From NCBI GenBank assembly GCA_032718475.1, contig JAUCBJ010000923.1, forward strand, positions 1 to 64,000: a stretch of DNA of 64,000 bases, in the 5' to 3' direction. The notes under the pieces were generated by a model. That model was not told the DNA's origin and made no database searches. It saw only the letters and a list, made by a program, of their open reading frames with translations. Source of the stretch: Nemertoderma westbladi (lineage: Eukaryota; Animalia; Xenacoelomorpha). Shown one piece after another: positions 59,756 through 64,000 of the stretch (positions are counted from its first letter, which is position 1; each line of letters starts with the position of its first letter). A program made the translations under genes and the position numbers.

Positions 59756-62700
59756 TAGATCGTCGGAGATGGAGCTGGGTTGCGTGGCCAAGACATCGCG
59801 GCACAATATAGATCGTCGGAGATGGAGCTGGGTTGCGTGGCCAAGACATCGCGGCACAATATAGATCATAGGAGATGGAGCTGGGTTGCGTGGCCAAGAC
59901 ATTGCGGCACAATATAGATCGTCGGCGATGGAGCTGGGTTGCGTGGCCAAGACATCGCGGCACAATATAGATCATAGGAGATGGAGCTGGGTTGCGTGGC
60001 CAAGACATCGCGGCACAATATAGATCGTCGGAGATGGAGCTGGGTTGTGTGGCCAAGACATCGCGGCACAATATAGATCGTCGGAGATGGAGCTGGGTTG
60101 CGTGGCCAAGACATCGCGGCACAATATAGATCATATGAGATGGAGCTGGGTTGCGTGGCCAAGACATCGCGGCACAATATAGATCATAGGAGATGGAGCT
60201 GGGTTGCGTGGCCAAGACATTGCGGCACAATATAGATCGTCGGAGATGGAGCTGGGTTGCGTGGCCAAGACATCGCGGCACAATATAGATCATATGAGAT
60301 GGAGCTGGGTTGCGTGGCCAAGACATCGCGGCACAATATAGATCATAGGAGATGGAGCTGGGTTGCGTGGCCAAGACATTGCGGCACAATATAGATCATA
60401 GGAGATGGAGCTGGGTTGCGTGGCCAAGACATCGCGGCACAATATAGATCATAGGAGATGGAGCTGGGTTGCGTGGCCAAGACATTGCGGCACAATATAG
60501 ATCATAGGAGATGGAGCTGGGTTGCGTGGCCAAGACATTGCGGCACAATATAGATCATAGGAGATGGAGCTGGGTTGCGTGGCCAAGACATCGCGGCACA
60601 ATATAGATCATAGGAGATGGAGCTGGGTTGCGTGGCCAAGACATTGCGGCACAATATAGATCGTCGGAGATGGAGCTGGGTTGCGTGGCCAAGACATCGC
60701 GGCACAATATAGATCATAGGAGATGGAGCTGGGTTGCGTGGCCAAGACATTGCGGCACAATATAGATCGTCGGCGATGGAGCTGGGTTGCGTGGCCAAGA
60801 CATCGCGGCACAATATAGATCGTCGGAGATGGAGCTGGGTTGCGTGGCCAAGACATTGCGGCACAATATAGATCGTCGGCGATGGAGCTGGGTTGCGTGG
60901 CCAAGACATCGCGGCACAATATAGATCATAGGAGATGGAGCTGGGTTGCGTGGCCAAGACATCGCGGCACAATATAGATCGTCGGAGATGGAGCTGGGTT
61001 GTGTGGCCAAGACATCGCGGCACAATATAGATCGTCGGAGATGGAGCTGGGTTGCGTGGCCAAGACATCGCGGCACAATATAGATCATAGGAGATGGAGC
61101 TGGGTTGCGTGGCCAAGACATCGCGGCACAATATAGATCGTCGGAGATGGAGCTGGGTTGCGTGGCCAAGACATTGCGGCACAATATAGATCATAGGAGA
61201 TGGAGCTGGGTTGCGTGGCCAAGACATTGCGGCACAATATAGATCGTCGGAGATGGAGCTGGGTTGCGTGGCCAAGACATTGCGGCACAATATAGATCAT
61301 AGGAGATGGAGCTGGGTTGCGTGGCCAAGACATTGCGGCACAATATAGATCATAGGAGATGGAGCTGGGTTGCGTGGCCAAGACATTGCGGCACAATATA
61401 GATCGTCGGAGATGGAGCTGGGTTGCGTGGCCAAGACATTGCGGCACAATATAGATCATAGGAGATGGAGCTGGGTTGCGTGGCCAAGACATTGCGGCAC
61501 AATATAGATCGTCGGAGATGGAGCTGGGTTGCGTGGCCAAGACATTGCGGCACAATATAGATCATAGGAGATGGAGCTGGGTTGCGTGGCCAAGACATTG
61601 CGGCACAATATAGATCATAGGAGATGGAGCTGGGTTGCGTGGCCAAGACATTGCGGCACAATATAGATCATAGGAGATGGAGCTGGGTTGCGTGGCCAAG
61701 ACATTGCGGCACAATATAGATCGTCGGAGATGGAGCTGGGTTGCGTGGCCAAGACATTGCGGCACAATATAGATCATAGGAGATGGAGCTGGGTTGCGTG
61801 GCCAAGACATTGCGGCACAATATAGATCATAGGAGATGGAGCTGGGTTGCGTGGCCAAGACATTGCGGCACAATATAGATCGTCGGAGATGGAGCTGGGT
61901 TGCGTGGCCAAGACATTGCGGCACAATATAGATCGTCGGAGATGGAGCTGGGTTGCGTGGCCAAGACATTGCGGCACAATATAGATCATAGGAGATGGAG
62001 CTGGGTTGCGTGGCCAAGACATTGCGGCACAATATAGATCATAGGAGATGGAGCTGGGTTGCGTGGCCAAGACATTGCGGCACAATATAGATCGTCGGAG
62101 ATGGAGCTGGGTTGCGTGGCCAAGATATCGCGGCACAATATAGATCATAGGAGATGGAGCTGGGTTGCGTGGCCAAGACATCGCGGCACAATATAGATCG
62201 TCGGAGATGGAGCTGGGTTGCGTGGCCAAGACATCGCGGCACAATATAGATCATATGAGATGGAGCTGGGTTGCGTGGCCAAGACATTGCGGCACAATAT
62301 AGATCGTCGGAGATGAAGCTGGGTTGCGTGGCCAAGACATTGCGGCACAATATAGATCACAGGAGATAGAGCTGGGTTGCGTGGCCAAGACATTGCGGCA
62401 CAATATAGATCGTCGGAGATGGAGCTGGGTTGCGTGGCCAAGACATTGCGGCACAATATAGATCGTCGGAGATGGAGCTGGGTTGCGTGGCCAAGACATT
62501 GCGGCACAATATAGATCGTCGGAGATGAAGCTGGGTTGCGTGGCCAAGACATTGCGGCACAATATAGATCATAGGAGATGGAGCTGGGTTGCGTGGCCAA
62601 GACATCGCGGCACAATGTAGATCATATGAGATGGAGCTGGGTTGCGTGGCCAAGACATTGCGGCACAATATAGATCACAGGAGATAGAGCTGGGTTGCGT

Positions 62701-64000
62701 GGCCAAGACATTGCGGCACAATATAGATCATAGGAGATGGAGCTGGGTTGCGCGGCCAAGACATCGCGGCACAATATAGATCGTCGGAGATGGAGCTGGG
62801 TTGCGTGGCCAAGACATCGCGGCACAATATAGATCACAGGAGATAGAGCTGGGTTGCGTGGCCAAGACATTGCGGCACAATATAGATCATAGGAGATGGA
62901 GCTGGGTTGCGCGGCCAAGACATCGCGGCACAATATAGATCGTCGGAGATGGAGCTGGGTTGCGTGGCCAAGACATTGAGGCACAATATAGATCGTCGGA
63001 GATGAAGCTGGGTTGCGTGGCCAAGACATTGCGGCACAATATAGATCACAGGAGATAGAGCTGGGTTGCGTGGCCAAGACATTGCGGCACAATATAGATC
63101 ATAGGAGATGGAGCTGGGTTGCGCGGCCAAGACATCGCGGCACAATATAGATCGTCGGAGATGGAGCTGGGTTGCGTGGCCAAGACATTGCGTCACAATA
63201 TAGATCATAGGAGATGGAGCTGGGTTGCGTGGCCAAGACATTGCGGCACAATATAGATCATAGGAGATGGAGCTGGGTTGCGTGGCCAAGACATTGCGGC
63301 ACAATATAGATCGTCGGAGATGGAGCTGGGTTGCGTGGCCAAGATATCGCGGCACAATATAGATCATAGGAGATGGAGCTGGGTTGCGTGGCCAAGACAT
63401 TGCGGCACAATATAGATCATAGGAGATGGAGCTGGGTTGCGTGGCCAAGACATCGCGGCACAATATAGATCGTCGGAGATGAAGCTGGGTTGCGTGGCCA
63501 AGACATTGCGGCACAATATAGATCATAGGAGATGGAGCTGGGTTGCGTGGCCAAGACATTGCGGCACAATATAGATCACAGGAGATAGAGCTGGGTTGCG
63601 TGGCCAAGACATTGCGGCACAATATAGATCATAGGAGATGGAGCTGGGTTGCGTGGCCAAGACATTGCGGCACAATATAGATCGTCGGAGATGGAGCTGG
63701 GTTGCGTGGCCAAGACATTGCGGCACAATATAGATCGTCGGAGATGGAGCTGGGTTGCGTGGCCAAGATATCGCGGCACAATATAGATCGTCGGAGATGG
63801 AGCTGGGTTGCGTGGCCAAGACATTGCGGCACAATATAGATCATAGGAGATGGAGCTGGGTTGCGTGGCCAAGACATTGCGGCACAATATAGATCATAGG
63901 AGATGGAGCTGGGTTGCGTGGCCAAGACATTGCGGCACAATATAGATCATAGGAGATGGAGCTGGGTTGCGTGGCCAAGATATCGCGGCACAATATAGAT
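59756..64000. repeat. 53-bp minisatellite (ATAGATC[GTC/ATA]GGAGATGGAGCTGGGTTGCGTGGCCAAGACAT[C/T]GCGGCACAAT), at least 80 copies, runs off the window end
   Basis: Seen directly; explains all ORFs from 59739 onward. Confidence 0.97.

Noticed and set aside
28928-64000. CRISPR-like arrays
   Set aside because: Head-to-tail monomers with no unique spacers and no cas genes, in a spliceosomal-intron context.

Overview
Eukaryotic (probably invertebrate animal) genomic DNA, roughly 60% tandem repeats. Most ORFs in the supplied track are repeat artefacts. The real coding content has two parts. (1) The last ten exons of a minus-strand NACHT/WD40 gene of the NWD/QUI-1 type, spanning 59258 down to 3906. 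I spliced these by hand with consistent GT-AG phases into about 1005 codons; the 5' part lies beyond the window. (2) An intronless FAM234-like FG-GAP membrane-protein ORF (17219-15330) nested on the same strand inside one of its introns. The introns contain at least ten different minisatellite arrays (one is 19 kb), two decayed non-LTR retrotransposons and several MITE-like elements. The most unusual feature is that three arrays are tandem amplifications of an exon end plus its 5' splice site (about 167, about 53 and 9 donor copies), two of them with codon-multiple units. A fourth small array amplifies the stop-codon region of the nested gene. The NACHT-like module appears to have lost both Walker motifs.
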